In this document: positions 25,851 through 39,039 of the stretch, one piece after another
Numbering within the stretch: the stretch's first letter is position 1
How the letters are laid out: each line of letters begins with the position of its first letter
Position numbers and translations under genes: made by a program
The notes under the pieces: generated by a model
Database searches by the model: none
Told to the model about the DNA's origin: nothing
The model's input: the letters and a program-made list of their open reading frames with translations, nothing else
Source: Octopus vulgaris
Taxonomy: Eukaryota
Assembly: GCA_951406725.2 (NCBI GenBank)
Contig: OX597828.1
Span: 62,620,001 to 62,684,000 of the forward strand
Reading direction: 5' to 3'
DNA length: 64,000 nt

Positions 25851-28800
25851 CACATTATGTATGTAAGTAGACAATAAATGTATGCCTGTATGTTATATAG
25901 ATATATATGTGATATACATACCTGTCTCCTTGACATATGTGTAAGGGCACAACATAATTCAATTCAAGGCGAGCCACTCGTCCCATCCGAAGGACAATTC
26001 CACCACCATATGATACTCTGTAATTTGATTTCAGACCATTTAATATTCCCCTCGGACCATCACCTGTGGATGGAAAAGAGAGAAAGAAAGGGTAATTCAG
26101 ATTTTAGGCTATGAAAAACAGTCCAGAGGTGGAACACCATCTGTAATTTATTGTTTAGAGAGAGAGAGAGAGAGCAACAGTCACACATAGCCACTGGAGG
26201 CAGCTGTAGTCAAAGATATATTTATAGCCACCACCACCACCACCACTGCTATCAAGCACCATTACCATCATTTAGTAATATCATCATCATCATAATATTG
26301 AACAACATCAACATCACTTACTGAGCTTCAAGTTGGCCAAGTTTCCAGCATTTACAAACAGGTGAGTTCTAAACAGTTCTCCAAAGCCGCCTTTTCCAGG
26401 ACGGAAGGGTAGAGGTGTATACAGGTGTAACGCTGCCAGCCAGTAGGTGTCAGCACCTAATGCGTTACCTAGAAACAAAAACAAACAAACAAACATGAAC
26501 AAACAACATATAGACACATGAATACATATTTCTTCACACATTTACTGTCTTCAAGCATTGGAATGTGGCCATGCTGGAGCAAGCCTTTAAGGGTAAATCT
26601 TAGTCAGTCAAACCTCCTGCAGCACTTATTTCATTCCAGGGACCATTTTATTGATCTGTTTATCAAGTGGCTCAGTTAATGTTTGGATATACAAGGATGC
26701 AACCTTACACACACACACAGTGTGTGTGCATATACATGTGTTTGTATATGATTGTATGTATATATAGCCAACTGCTTTCTTTGTTCCTTTCTATCAGATC
26801 AATGGGGGGGGGCTTATTCCACTTGTCCTGCATGTGCTGATTGTAAACAAATGTGACCATTCATACAAACATTGTCATTTGTTTGCAATCCTCCTCAAAA
26901 ACATGTCTGGGCTGTTCAGTGTTCAATAGATTAAGGGAAACAGGTGAGGTTTGGTGACAGGAAGAGCATCAGGCCTTAGAAAATCTGCCTCGACAGAGTT
27001 TCGTCAAATCCATGCAAGCAGGGAAACATAGACATTGAAACAATGACAGTTGTGGTGTGTGTGTGTGAGTTTTAAAGAAATAAAACCAAATTGAAATACC
27101 ATCACTGTGTGGTCCAACTCCTTTTAGTGTGAACCCTCTCAGGGTCAAAGGTCCTCCAAGGAAAAATCGATCATTGATTTTCAGCTCGTTATTAGTTGCA
27201 AGAGGTTTCATCATTCCACCAGCTAACGACATCTGTACACTCTGTAAAACAACATCAACAACACTATATTACACAACACCAGCTAATGACAGTTGGTACA
27301 AGATATTTACCCAAAGTGCCATGCGTAGAAATCGAACACAGAGTTACAGGGATACAAACTAAACTTCCTAACCCCACAACCATCTTCACCACACATTCCA
27401 TTTTTTTCTCCTCAGCTTTTTATTGTTTCATCATCATCTTCATTATCATTTAACATCCGTTTTCCATGCTAGCATGGGTTGGACGGTTCGACCAGGGTCT
27501 GGGAAGCCAGAAGGCTGCACCAGGCTCCAGTCTGATCTGGCAGTGTTTCTACAGCTGGATGCCCTTCCTAACGCCAACCACTGAGTGCAGTGGGTGCTTT
27601 TTACGTGCCACCAGCACAGGGGCCAGGGGAGGCTGGCGACGGCCACGATCGGTTGGTGCCTTTTACATGCCACCGGCACGGAAGCCAATCAAGGCGGCAC
27701 TGGCAACGGCCAAGTTTGGATGGTGCTTTTTACGTGCCACTGGCACAGGGATCACAACTACAATTTCCATTGATTTTTGATGTTGATGTCCATACATAAA
27801 ATATATTAACCCTAACTTAACAATCCTCTCCATTTGCCACACCTCATCGACATTAACATTGTAATACTCTCTCTCCATCAAACACATTTACCTGTCTACC
27901 TGCAAATATGTCTCATCATACAATTATTTTGAGTTGACTTTCTAATATTCCTTGTATTAAATATGCAAGAACTAATTTACCTTTCTCTATATCTGTCCCA
28001 CCACATAATTATTTCTAATTAACTTTTCAATACTCTCTGTATTAAATATGTTAACATTAACTTAATTAGCCATCAATCAATCGGTCTTTCAGTCACACCT
28101 CATAATTATTTCATCTTCATCATTTAACATCTGTGTTCAAAGCCGACATGGGTGGAATGGTTTGACAGAATCTGATAGTTCCAACAACTGCCTCATGCTC
28201 CCTCTGGTGCCTGTTTTGGCATGGATTCTATGGCTAGATGCCTTTGCTACTTTTAGCTAATTAATTAATGTCATAGACTTTAAAAAAATTAACGACACTG
28301 ACTCCTTTATAAATAATAAAAATATAACAGTAAAATATTTACTTACACAATCAAAGAATAAGGATTTCGTCCCCTGAAATTCTATTTCATTTTTCAAATA
28401 TTCCACGTTACCACCAAGTCCTGCATATTCCTGCAATACCGATAGAGAAAGCTGCACATAACACCCTGCATCTTCTGTTCAATTTAATGACTTTGTGGTG
28501 AGAATATGTATGTGTGTGTGTATGTATGTAGTGGAGGATGTGTTTGAGGGGAAGAATGTATGGCTTGGTTGGGGCTGTGTGTTCTATGAATGGGAATAGT
28601 AGTAAGGCAAGAGATCTGTTGCGGAATCAAATATTTGAGAGAATGGTCAATGTATAGAAAGCTGAGTGAGTGAGTGAGTAAATGAGTGAGTGAGTGAGTG
28701 AGTGAGTGAGTGAGTGAGGAGTGAGTGAGTGAGTGAGTGAGTGAGGAGTGAGTGAGTGAGTGAGTGAGTGAGTGAGTGAGTGAGTGAGTGAGTGAGTGAG

Positions 28801-29627
28801 TGAGTGAGTGAGTGAGTGAGTGAGTGAGTGAGTGAGGAGTGAGTGAGTGAGTGAGTGAGTGAGGAGTGAGTGAGTGAGTGAGTGAGTGAGTGAGTGAGTG
28901 AGTGAGTGAGTGAGTGAGTGAGTGAGTGAGTGAGTGAGTGGTGAGTGAGTGAGTGGTGAGGAGTGAGTGAGTGAGGAGTGAGTGAGGGGTGGTGAGTGAG
29001 GAGTGAGTGAGTGAGGAGTGAGTGAGTGAGGAGTGAGTGAGTGAGGAGTGAGTGAGTGAGTGAGGAGTGAGTGAGTGAGTGAGTAGTGAGTGAGTGAGTG
29101 AGGAGTGAGTGAGTGAGGAGTGAGTGAGGTGAGTGAGTGAGTGAGTGAGTGAGTGAGTGAGTGAGGAGTGAGTGAGTGAGTGAGTGAGTGAGTGAGGAGT
29201 GAGTGAGGAGTGAGTGAGTGAGGAGTGAGTGAGTGGTGAGTGAGGGAGTGAGTGAGTGAGTGAGTGAGTGAGTGAGTGAGTGAGTGAGTGAGTGAGTGAG
29301 TGAGTGAGTGAGTGAGTGAGTGAGTGAGTGAGTGAGTGAGTGAGTGAGTGAGTGAGTGAGTGAGTGAGTGAGTGAGTGAGTGAGGAGTGAGTGAGTGAGT
29401 GAGTGAGTGAGTGAGTGAGTGAGGAGTGAGTGAGTGAGTGAGTGAGGAGTGAGTGAGTGAGTATGTATGCATGATGTATATATATATACACATCATGCAT
29501 ACATACTCACTCACTCCTCACTCACTGTGGAGCCTCACTGTTGATGAGAATCTTAGTCTTGCAAGCTACATGGCGACCTCACCAGTGTTGGTGCCACAAA
29601 GCAAAACACACCCAGGACATTGAAGCC

Positions 29628-29703
<76 letters not shown>

Positions 29704-32700
29704 TACATACACACACACACAGGCTTCAATGTCCTGGGTGTGTTTTGCTTTGTGGCACCAACACTGGTGAGGTCGCCATGTAGCTTGCAAGACTAAGATT
29801 CTCATCAACAGTGAGGCGCCACAGTACGGGGGGGTAGCTTTATGCTCAAGGATGAAAGGTTAGAGTATGAAAGGAAGGGCCGGAACAGGTTTCATGATGT
29901 AAAAGAGATACGTGGTTATTCACATTATACAAATACGGGTGGGTGCAACCAGGATGGAGCTGGGGAAAAGGAGATGGTGATGATGAGGGTACCATGGAGG
30001 GAGCTCAAAATACAAAAAAGTGAACAGGTGGACAGAACAGGATGATGGGTCGATGGGTAGATATTGCAAGTGTGTATGAGGAGAGTGAAGGGGTAGGTGG
30101 GTAGAGATATTATGAACAAGGGTGGAGGGGCTGATCAATGATACATATGAGTTAGAGGGGGAGGTAAGGGAGAGTGAGTGATGACTGTAGAGATTGAACA
30201 AGTTTGAGGAGTGGATGTAGTGAATTGTGAACAAGGGTGACGTGAGTGAATGCTTTTGATATAGGTCTGGTCAATCAGGGCTGACCTGGGACTGAACAAC
30301 AACTAAAATTTACTGAACATTTCTCAGCAACTCAGAGAAGACAGATCCAGACATTCCAACCACCCCTACCGACCCTCTACTTTACACTCAGGGCCATTGC
30401 TTAGCAACAGAACCCTAAACTCATAAAGATCCTAAAGCCCATTAGAAATTATCAGATTTCTTCACTTACGTCAATAATTTTCAGCAGGAAACCATGTCGT
30501 GGAATTATTGGGTCGTCTCTTGTGTCTTTGACAAATTCATGCTGCAAAGAGATGGGAGGGGCGGGAGAGATTATTAACATCATTATCATAATTGTCATTA
30601 TCAGTATCACCACCACCATCAGTGACATCATCATCATCATTATTATTGTCTTCTTCATTTCTGTCTACCAAATCCACTCACAAGGCTTTGATCAGCCTGA
30701 GGATAAGGTAGAAGACACTTGCCCAAGCTTACTTCACAACCACATGGTTTCAGGTTCAATCTCACAGCACATTGGGCAAGAGACTTCTACTATAAACCAG
30801 GGACAACCAATGCCTATTGAGTAAATTTAATAGATGGAGACTGTATAGAAGCTTGTCATATGTATGTATTTGACAGCTGGTGTCGGTTAGTTCATGTTTC
30901 CGTAACTTAGTGGTTTGGCAAAATGATTGATAGAATAAGTAGCAGACTTGAAAAGAAAAGTACTGGAGTTCATTTGTTTGGCTAAAACCTTTCAAAGTGA
31001 TGCTTCAGCATGGCCACAGTCCAATGACTGAAACAAGCCAAAGGTGAAAACTAAAAAGATACAGAGTCTAATAACCACACCGATTCCATCTGGGATGGAG
31101 AGGATTCTGGTAAAAACATAAAATATTGGTTTCCAATTTGGCACAAGGCCAGCAATTTCAGGGGAGACGACTAGTTGATTACATCGACCCCAATGGCCAA
31201 CTGGTACTTATTTTATCGACCCTGAAAAGATGAAAGGCACAGATGACCTTGGCAGAATTCAGAAGGCAAAGATGGAGAAAATTCCAGCGAGCATCTTCTT
31301 GTCTGATGCATTAAAGAATTCTGCCAAATAAGTTGCCTTGAAAAAGAAAAAAACAAAAGTGAAAAGATTTTTTGGCTTCTGTTTTCAATGAAAGAGAAAA
31401 ATCTGGAATTAATGTTTTTTACCTTTATTGAAGATTTTAACGTGTGTCCGGCTTGCTCTCTGACAGCAAATGCAGTTGTTCGTGATAAAGCTCGTAAATC
31501 TCTCCAGACTCCTTCAAGACGCAGGCAATGAGAGCCAAAATATGAAGGTAACTAGGATAAAAGAACAAACAAAATTCTAAATTCAACTATTAAATACCTG
31601 TGGAGGGCGGGGGGGGAGACATTCTGGCACCAATTTGGCACCACTGAATCAAAGCTCACTCATTTGACATCACGTAGTCAAGTATTTCTTTCATACTTAC
31701 TCTCTCGTATATGTATGTGTATGTGTGTGTGTGCCTATGTGTGTGTATCTGTATGCACATGCATGTGTGTTTCATTGCCTCGACTGCCAAAAAGTAGTGT
31801 GACCCTGGTGTCATCAATATCATCATCGTCGTTTAACATCCGCTTTCCATGTTGTCATGGGTTGGATGCTTTGACTGAGGACTGGCAGGCCAGGAGGCTG
31901 CACCAAGTTCCAATCTGATCTGGCAAGGTTTTTACAGTTGGATGCCCTTCCTAACACAAACCACTCCTGAGAGTGTAGTGAGTGCTTTTTATGTGCCACC
32001 GGCACAGGAGCCAGTCAGGTGACACTGGCATCAGCCACGACGATTTCACCTGACTCAACTGGTCTTCTCAAGCAGATTGAAGGATACTTTAATAATAAAA
32101 GGAAAACAAGTTGGAGAAGCGATGGACAAAAGCAGCACTTACGGTGAAGTCAATAGACGTTCCTCGACTGGTCTCTACGTAACCACTCCAGGGATATTCC
32201 ATACTGGACTGGTACACCCCTGAACTGAACCTGTACAAAGAAAGACAACATGGACGATATAGTGGTGGTGATGATGACAGTAGTGATAATGGCAGTGGTA
32301 ATGGAGAAAAGTGGAGAAGTGGAGGGAAGTGATAATAGTGTGTGGGGTGACAGTGTGTGGTGGTGGTGGTGGTGGAAATCAAAGAACAACCATCTTACTG
32401 TTGTTCGACAAGGCTCTGACAACACCAGATACTGTAACAATGATAGGTTCGTCTTCACCAGGCCAGCTACAAGAGGAAATGAGACATGGAATAATGTAGT
32501 CCTACATACACAATGCCTGAAGAGAGAAAGAACAGTAATCTCATGGCTGGAATGTCTCTGACCCTGGGTGAGCTGAATTGAGACTGACCTAGGGTTCAAA
32601 CACAAATTAACAAATACAGCAATAATAATTGTTTTTCATTTTGACATAAGGCCAGCAATCCTGAGAGGAGGGTGCTACTTGATACCATTAACCCCCAGCA

Positions 32701-34533
32701 TTTAACTGGTATTTGGTTTTATTGACCCTGGAGAGATAAAAGCCAGAATTGACTTCAGTGGGATTTGAACTCAGAATTTAAAGGGCCAGAAGAAACACTT
32801 TAACCCTTTAGCATTTAAACTGGTCTTACCTGGCCTAAGTATTCTACTCATTTTATTGTTCAAACTGGCCTGATCCAGCCTCTCACACCAACCCTACAAT
32901 GTCATTGAAATCTAAAAACTATGAAATAATGTTTGATTAATCTAAAACAATGTGAACGATTAAACGTCAGATTTGACAAAGGAGTCTGAACGTGAATGGA
33001 TTAAAGCAGTTTCGATGATGCTCTACCGATTCCGCCAGCTCTGACCTGATTTAAGTTGCAATTTTGAGGGGAGGGGGCTACTTACTGCCATCAATCTCAG
33101 TACTTGACCGGTATTTTATTTTATCAACCTTAGGGAGATAAGAGAGTGAAGACGCATGGCCTAGGGGCCAGGGGGTTGTACTCACAACTGCAAAATTATG
33201 GTTTCGATTCACAGACCAAGCAGTGAATTGCTTTCTTGACAAAAACACTTCATTTCACATTGTTCCAGTCAGCTGCAAGTGAGTAAAGCCTGCAAAAGAC
33301 TGTCATCCTCTCCAGGGGAAATGTTGCGATCTTGGCCACTTATATATCATGGAAGCCAGGTAATTGACCCTATGAGTCCTAAGGGGTGAAGACAGAGGTG
33401 TCCAGGGGTTGATGGTGAGGAAGGACGAAAAGCAAAATTGACTTTGATGGGATTTGAACACAGAACATAAAGAGCCAGAAGCAATACCACAAAGCATTCT
33501 CCCAGATGCTCCACTGATTCTGCCAACTCAACAACAACAACAATAATAATAATAACAAGAACAATAAGGGGCCAGCTTACATTGTGTCAGGGTTGCCATG
33601 TAAGGGAGCATAGAATGTGAAATTTTGTCCTCGGTTAGTCTTGGTACCATGAGAATATTCAAATATAGATTTTTCACCTCGACCAAACATGTTCGGTAAT
33701 TTCATTCCCAGCAACTGTCAAAGAGAAAAAAAACCCAGAAAATATTTCTTAATCTTCAGTTCGAGAGAAAGAGAAAATGACCAAGCAACTATAACCACAA
33801 ACATACAAACATATGGAGAGAATGACCAAGCGTCTAGACACACACACTTACAACCAGAGAGAATGACCAAATTATTACAACTATACATACTACTACTACT
33901 ATCACACATACTGTAACCTTGACAGAGATCTTGCCACCATTCCATACATTGCACATGATACCACAAAACTTACGTATATACTGGAGTCTACTGGAGCAGG
34001 GCTGACCTGGGGCTAAACAACATCACACTTCACTGCAGTGGACAACACCTCACAACAAGGATATACAACACGTACCACTGGAACAAACACAATACCCTAC
34101 TGAAGAATATTACACCACACCAGAGTGGCCTGGTTACAAAACTGATGGAACCAGACATAACACTAGCCATTTAGTGGCTCACGAACTGGCTAAAACTGAC
34201 CAATGAAATACTAAGGGTCACAAAGAAAATAAAGGTAAAGATTTTAACAACATCCTACTCACAAGACTTGCATCATTGGTACCAATTAAGGTGTTGATGC
34301 CACCAGAGACCCTTCGTAGTTCTTCAACCTCAAATGTCACTTCATAGTTATCAGTAGAAACAGAATCTTCTGGAAAAGACAATTATGGAGCCATGAATAT
34401 CCTGCCATGGTCAACATAGCCTTCCGTCCTTCTGGAGAAAAGAAAATAAAGTATCATTCAAGTGATTGGGACAATTTAAGCAACCAGCCTCTATCCACCA
34501 AAGTATGACCTTGTGACTTTATGTTAGAAATCC

Positions 34534-34568
<35 letters not shown>

Positions 34569-37500
34569 GGTGAGCTGTCAGAATTATTAACAAGTCAGGA
34601 GAATGCTTAGCAGCATTTCATCCACCTTCACATTCTGTGTTCAATTCCACCTCAATCACCTTTGTCTTCCATTCTTTCAGGGTCAAAGAAATATGTACCT
34701 GCTGAGTAGTGGGGTCAATATAATCAACTAGGCCCTTCCCCACTGAAATTTCGGGACTTGTGCCAATAGCAGAAAGGAATGTTGTTGTTGCTGCTGCTGA
34801 GTGCGAGAGCAGTGCAAGCCATCAAAGTGACGCTGGGGTAAAATATACAAAACCCAGTATACCCATCATTACTACCCATCTGATAAGGGTACACCAGGCA
34901 CATGCATCACAGCCATATGTGTGCAACATGGTGATCCCATATCAAGATAAACAGCACTTGACCTCACAGGTGAGGTGTAGTTAGAATTTTTCTTCAGGTT
35001 GAGTAGCTCACCCCACTCAAAAGGTCCCTGAATAAGGTTTGTTTAAGGATGATGAACAAAACACCAAAGTTTCCAAAGGTGAATTATCCAAACCCCAAAG
35101 AATTCCTTTCAACACATGGCTATGATGCTCCCCAACTACTTCTGCTCGTGATCAGAGATGCACCTATCGTCAACCACCAAGGGACATGCTCAACTGGTTA
35201 AGGTGAAACACCTGACAAGTAAATCTGTGGTATTGAGCAGAATATTTGCTGTATCCCATCTTTTATACCAAGACAAAACAGTGTACATGACAACACTCCC
35301 AATCAGAAGCCATGAGAGCCACTGCCTGGTACAGCATCAGGGCATTGATTATTATTATTAAGGCAGTGAGCTGGCAGAAATGTTAACAAGCTGGGTGAAA
35401 TGTTGAGCAGTATTTCGTCTGTTTTATGTCTTGAGTTCAAATTCCACCAAGGTTGTGTATTGGGGTCAATCTAATCGACTGTTCCCCTCCTCAAAAATTT
35501 TGGGCTTTGTGCCCAGAGTAGAAAAGATTATTATTATTGTTATTATTATTATCATCATCAGGCATAGCTGGGTGGTTAAGAGGCATGCTTCCCAACCTGA
35601 TGGTTTCAGGTTCAGTTTCATTCCATGATACTTTGACCAAGTGTTTTATACTGGGATCATTCCAGTTCTCAACAAGGATTCTGGATTATTTTTCCATTTT
35701 TTTTACTTCATTTTTCAGAGCAGTCAAGTTCATTTTTAGTATTCTCACCTGTGAGAGCAGTTGAGTTTATTTCAGATAATCTCATTTTAAAAATCATCTC
35801 TGGCCAATTGCTGAGAGAATGGTGTTGCCTTGGCAGAGGTTTGCACTCTCTGGGTGCTCTTGTTATTAATTGTAATAATAATAGTGATATTTAATGTGAT
35901 TCAACGATTTAGTGTCTCCTAGGCAAGAATTTTTTCTATGCCCTTAATTATAATTGCATTTATGATTTCACCTTAATAGGTCTATCTTTTTATAAGCTGG
36001 CCACCAATAAAATTTTTTACAATTTTATCCTTTTATATTATAATGGAATTATATACATATATATATATATATATATATGAGAGACAGACAGTATGCCCAT
36101 GTATGTATGTGTGTGTTTGTGTCTTTCCTTGTCTTAACACCATTTGATAGTTGCAAATAAGTGTCACCATTATACAAGCAGTATCATCCATTTACAATTT
36201 TCTGCAAAAACATATCTGACCCAGGAGTGGGGGGTATTACTTTACTTGGGCACAAGGTGAAGGTTGGTGACAAGGAAGGGCATCCAGTCACAGAAATGAA
36301 CTTTGCCCATCTCATATAAGCATGGAAAAGTGGATGTTAAAGCTACAAAGATGATGATACCATTATCAAGTATTTCGTTAGCTCCAGGTTTTCCAAATTC
36401 AGTTCCCATGCAGGTTAGTTCCCCCTCCTCTCATGCCCCAATAAAATGCAGTCAAACAAGAACCAAGAGAAGCGGCTTACCTTTCAAGTTGTCCACCATT
36501 ATCTTGATGGATCTGAAGAGACCAAGTTTCTCAAACCGGACTTTGACATCATGGGTTCGATGTATCATCTGGAAACAACAGAATAGTTTAATAAGACCAG
36601 GTAATAAGGGGGGAGGGGTGAAACACACACACACACAAGTACCTGCTTACTTTATATATATACATATAACACACAGATACTTTATAGCACATATATATAC
36701 TCACACACACACATGCATTACACAAATGTATATCTTTCATTTGTTTGAGTTGTTGGAATGTGGCCATGCTGGGGCACTGCCTGGAAAGGTTTTCAGCCAA
36801 ACAAATTGACCCCCCAGTAGTTATGTTTTAAAAGCTGGTATTTATTCTACTGACCTCTTTTCCTGAACTGTCAAGTTACAAGGATGGAAACAAATACATT
36901 TATTAAAACAAAAACTGGAAAATTCGGTTTATTTTTAGTTCTGTGTTACATTTGTTTCATTACAGTAAAGGAAATACACCAAGAATATAAAAACTATTTT
37001 TAATCATATTATAGATTCCTGTTTTCTTTGCTGCTAACCAAAACGCTAACCATTGCTAGATTTACTTTCAGTCCTAAACATTTCTGTGCTTTCAGTGAAC
37101 CTTCCTCCACTGCTAACAAGGTCGCTCTGGGTAACAGAAGCTTTCAACTACCTTTAACCCATAAAGTGCTGGGATTTGCTCTTACATAGCATGGAGTGCT
37201 GAGCACATTTTATGAAAATGAGACCACCATGCACACAGAAAAAACAAAAAATGGTTAAAATATCTTCTTAGAATATCATCTGAAAAGTCATCAGTTGAAC
37301 TATTAGTCCTCTTGCATTCTGGAGGAGTATCGGAGTGTTTGAGTGACATTAGACCCCCAACAAGTGTCCATAAATTAAATGCATCTATCTGGGCCGTGAT
37401 CGTGGCCTGTCGACCTGTGCCTGAGGGCCACGAACGTGGCCCATCGCGCTTTATGAGCCCTCAGAACATTTCAAAGAATATATTTGATAAGTGTTCACAG

Positions 37501-39001
37501 CGTTCACTCCTCCTGCACGTTCCCTATATACAAAGTCCTGCCTGTGGTCCCTATGCACCCTCTCTGCACAAACAGTTGACATTGGGTTCTCCATACTCAG
37601 AAAGGAAATGAGTAATCCTTCATAGCCATGGTGGCAACACGTCCCTGCCTTATGGGAACTCCTCAGTAAAACATAACACAAAGGTTTCGGATCACAGAAC
37701 AACTCACAAAGTTCATAATTTTGAGGTGACAAAACTTGCTGATCCATTCGTTTAAAATAACATCAGAGGACAGCCTGAGGGTGCCTTATCTATATAAATG
37801 TCAGGTCCAGATTTCCTGTTAGTATGGACTGGACGGGTCTGAAGAACAATATCATGCTACTTGTCTGAATTCAGCAGCCAAGGTACAACATCCTGACAAC
37901 TAACGACGTCGAAGTAGTTTCTTCACTTAGCACACACGTCCTCTATCAACAACGCCAAGTCCGTAGCATGTCAATTGTCTCCCTTGAACACAATTGTCTC
38001 CCCTACTTCTTATATATGCCCAATAAAAAAACGAAGTCTTAAAATTTCACTGGATTTAGATTAAACGTTAAGGTAAGCTTTCGCAATCTGGAAGAGAAGG
38101 ACAGTATGTAACTGTTAGCTACAGGTGTCGATTCCCTACTGAACATTTCGTTTGCTCAGTCAGATGCTTCCCGGCCAGTTCATGTCCAAACAAGTACGAG
38201 CAGGTTCAGTGTTGCGAAAACACAACCAGGAGTATATATAGGTTAATACATAAAATGCATACTACAAGCTAACAAGTCACAGGATCAAATCCACCATAAT
38301 TATTACATATTTTTCAGTGTAACTGATAATGGTATACAAGAGGTATCAACAATTATTATTTGAAACTTTATATTTTGTACAATGTAATTTTTATAAATGC
38401 TACTCACCTCTAACTTTTTAATTATTTTTAATTCAAAAAAATCTCTGAATTTCTGTTTTGAATATCAGAGTCTCATATTTCGCTAACAACAACTGGTCTA
38501 TGGCTATTGGTCAACACATAACTATGGTCAGTGGTCAGTATGAAACCATAATCATTGTGTAACAAACAAACTGCTGACATCAAGCTACAGACACTGTCCA
38601 ATATGAAGGCATACTTGTCGTTGCTCAATACAAAGCTTTGTCCAGTGGTCAACACAAAGCTATATAAGGTGAGATCAAACCTCTTTACCACACAGCCAGG
38701 CCTGCATCCGCTGCAAGGCTCTCATTTCAGATGATCCACAGAGTCAGTGCTACTTTTTCATTTATATGACCTAATAATTTCCTGACCTCCTGACACAACA
38801 CAAGTAACAAACTAAAACCATCGAGAACTCACCTCCTGAAAGTTTTTAGCTCCAAATATAGATTTCACTTCTTTGACAACAATGTCATTTTTGGTTCTTC
38901 CAAGGCCGTCAACAACCACTCTTCGAACTTTTGCCTGAAACAAGAAATGGAATAATGGAAATTGTATGTATGTCTGACACTCTACATTTAATTTATTCAT
39001 T

Positions 39002-39039
<38 letters not shown>

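Noticed and set aside
28484-29514. 338-aa and 295-aa SLTH-repeat ORFs
   Set aside because: Translations of the (ACTC)n array, which lacks stops; intronic in SAMM50.
29541-29808. Two opposite-strand ORFs with identical N-termini
   Set aside because: A by-product of the inverted repeat, not genes.
38473-38691. 72-aa ORF with internal repeats
   Set aside because: Degenerate ~24-27-bp minisatellite within an intron; not shown to be coding.
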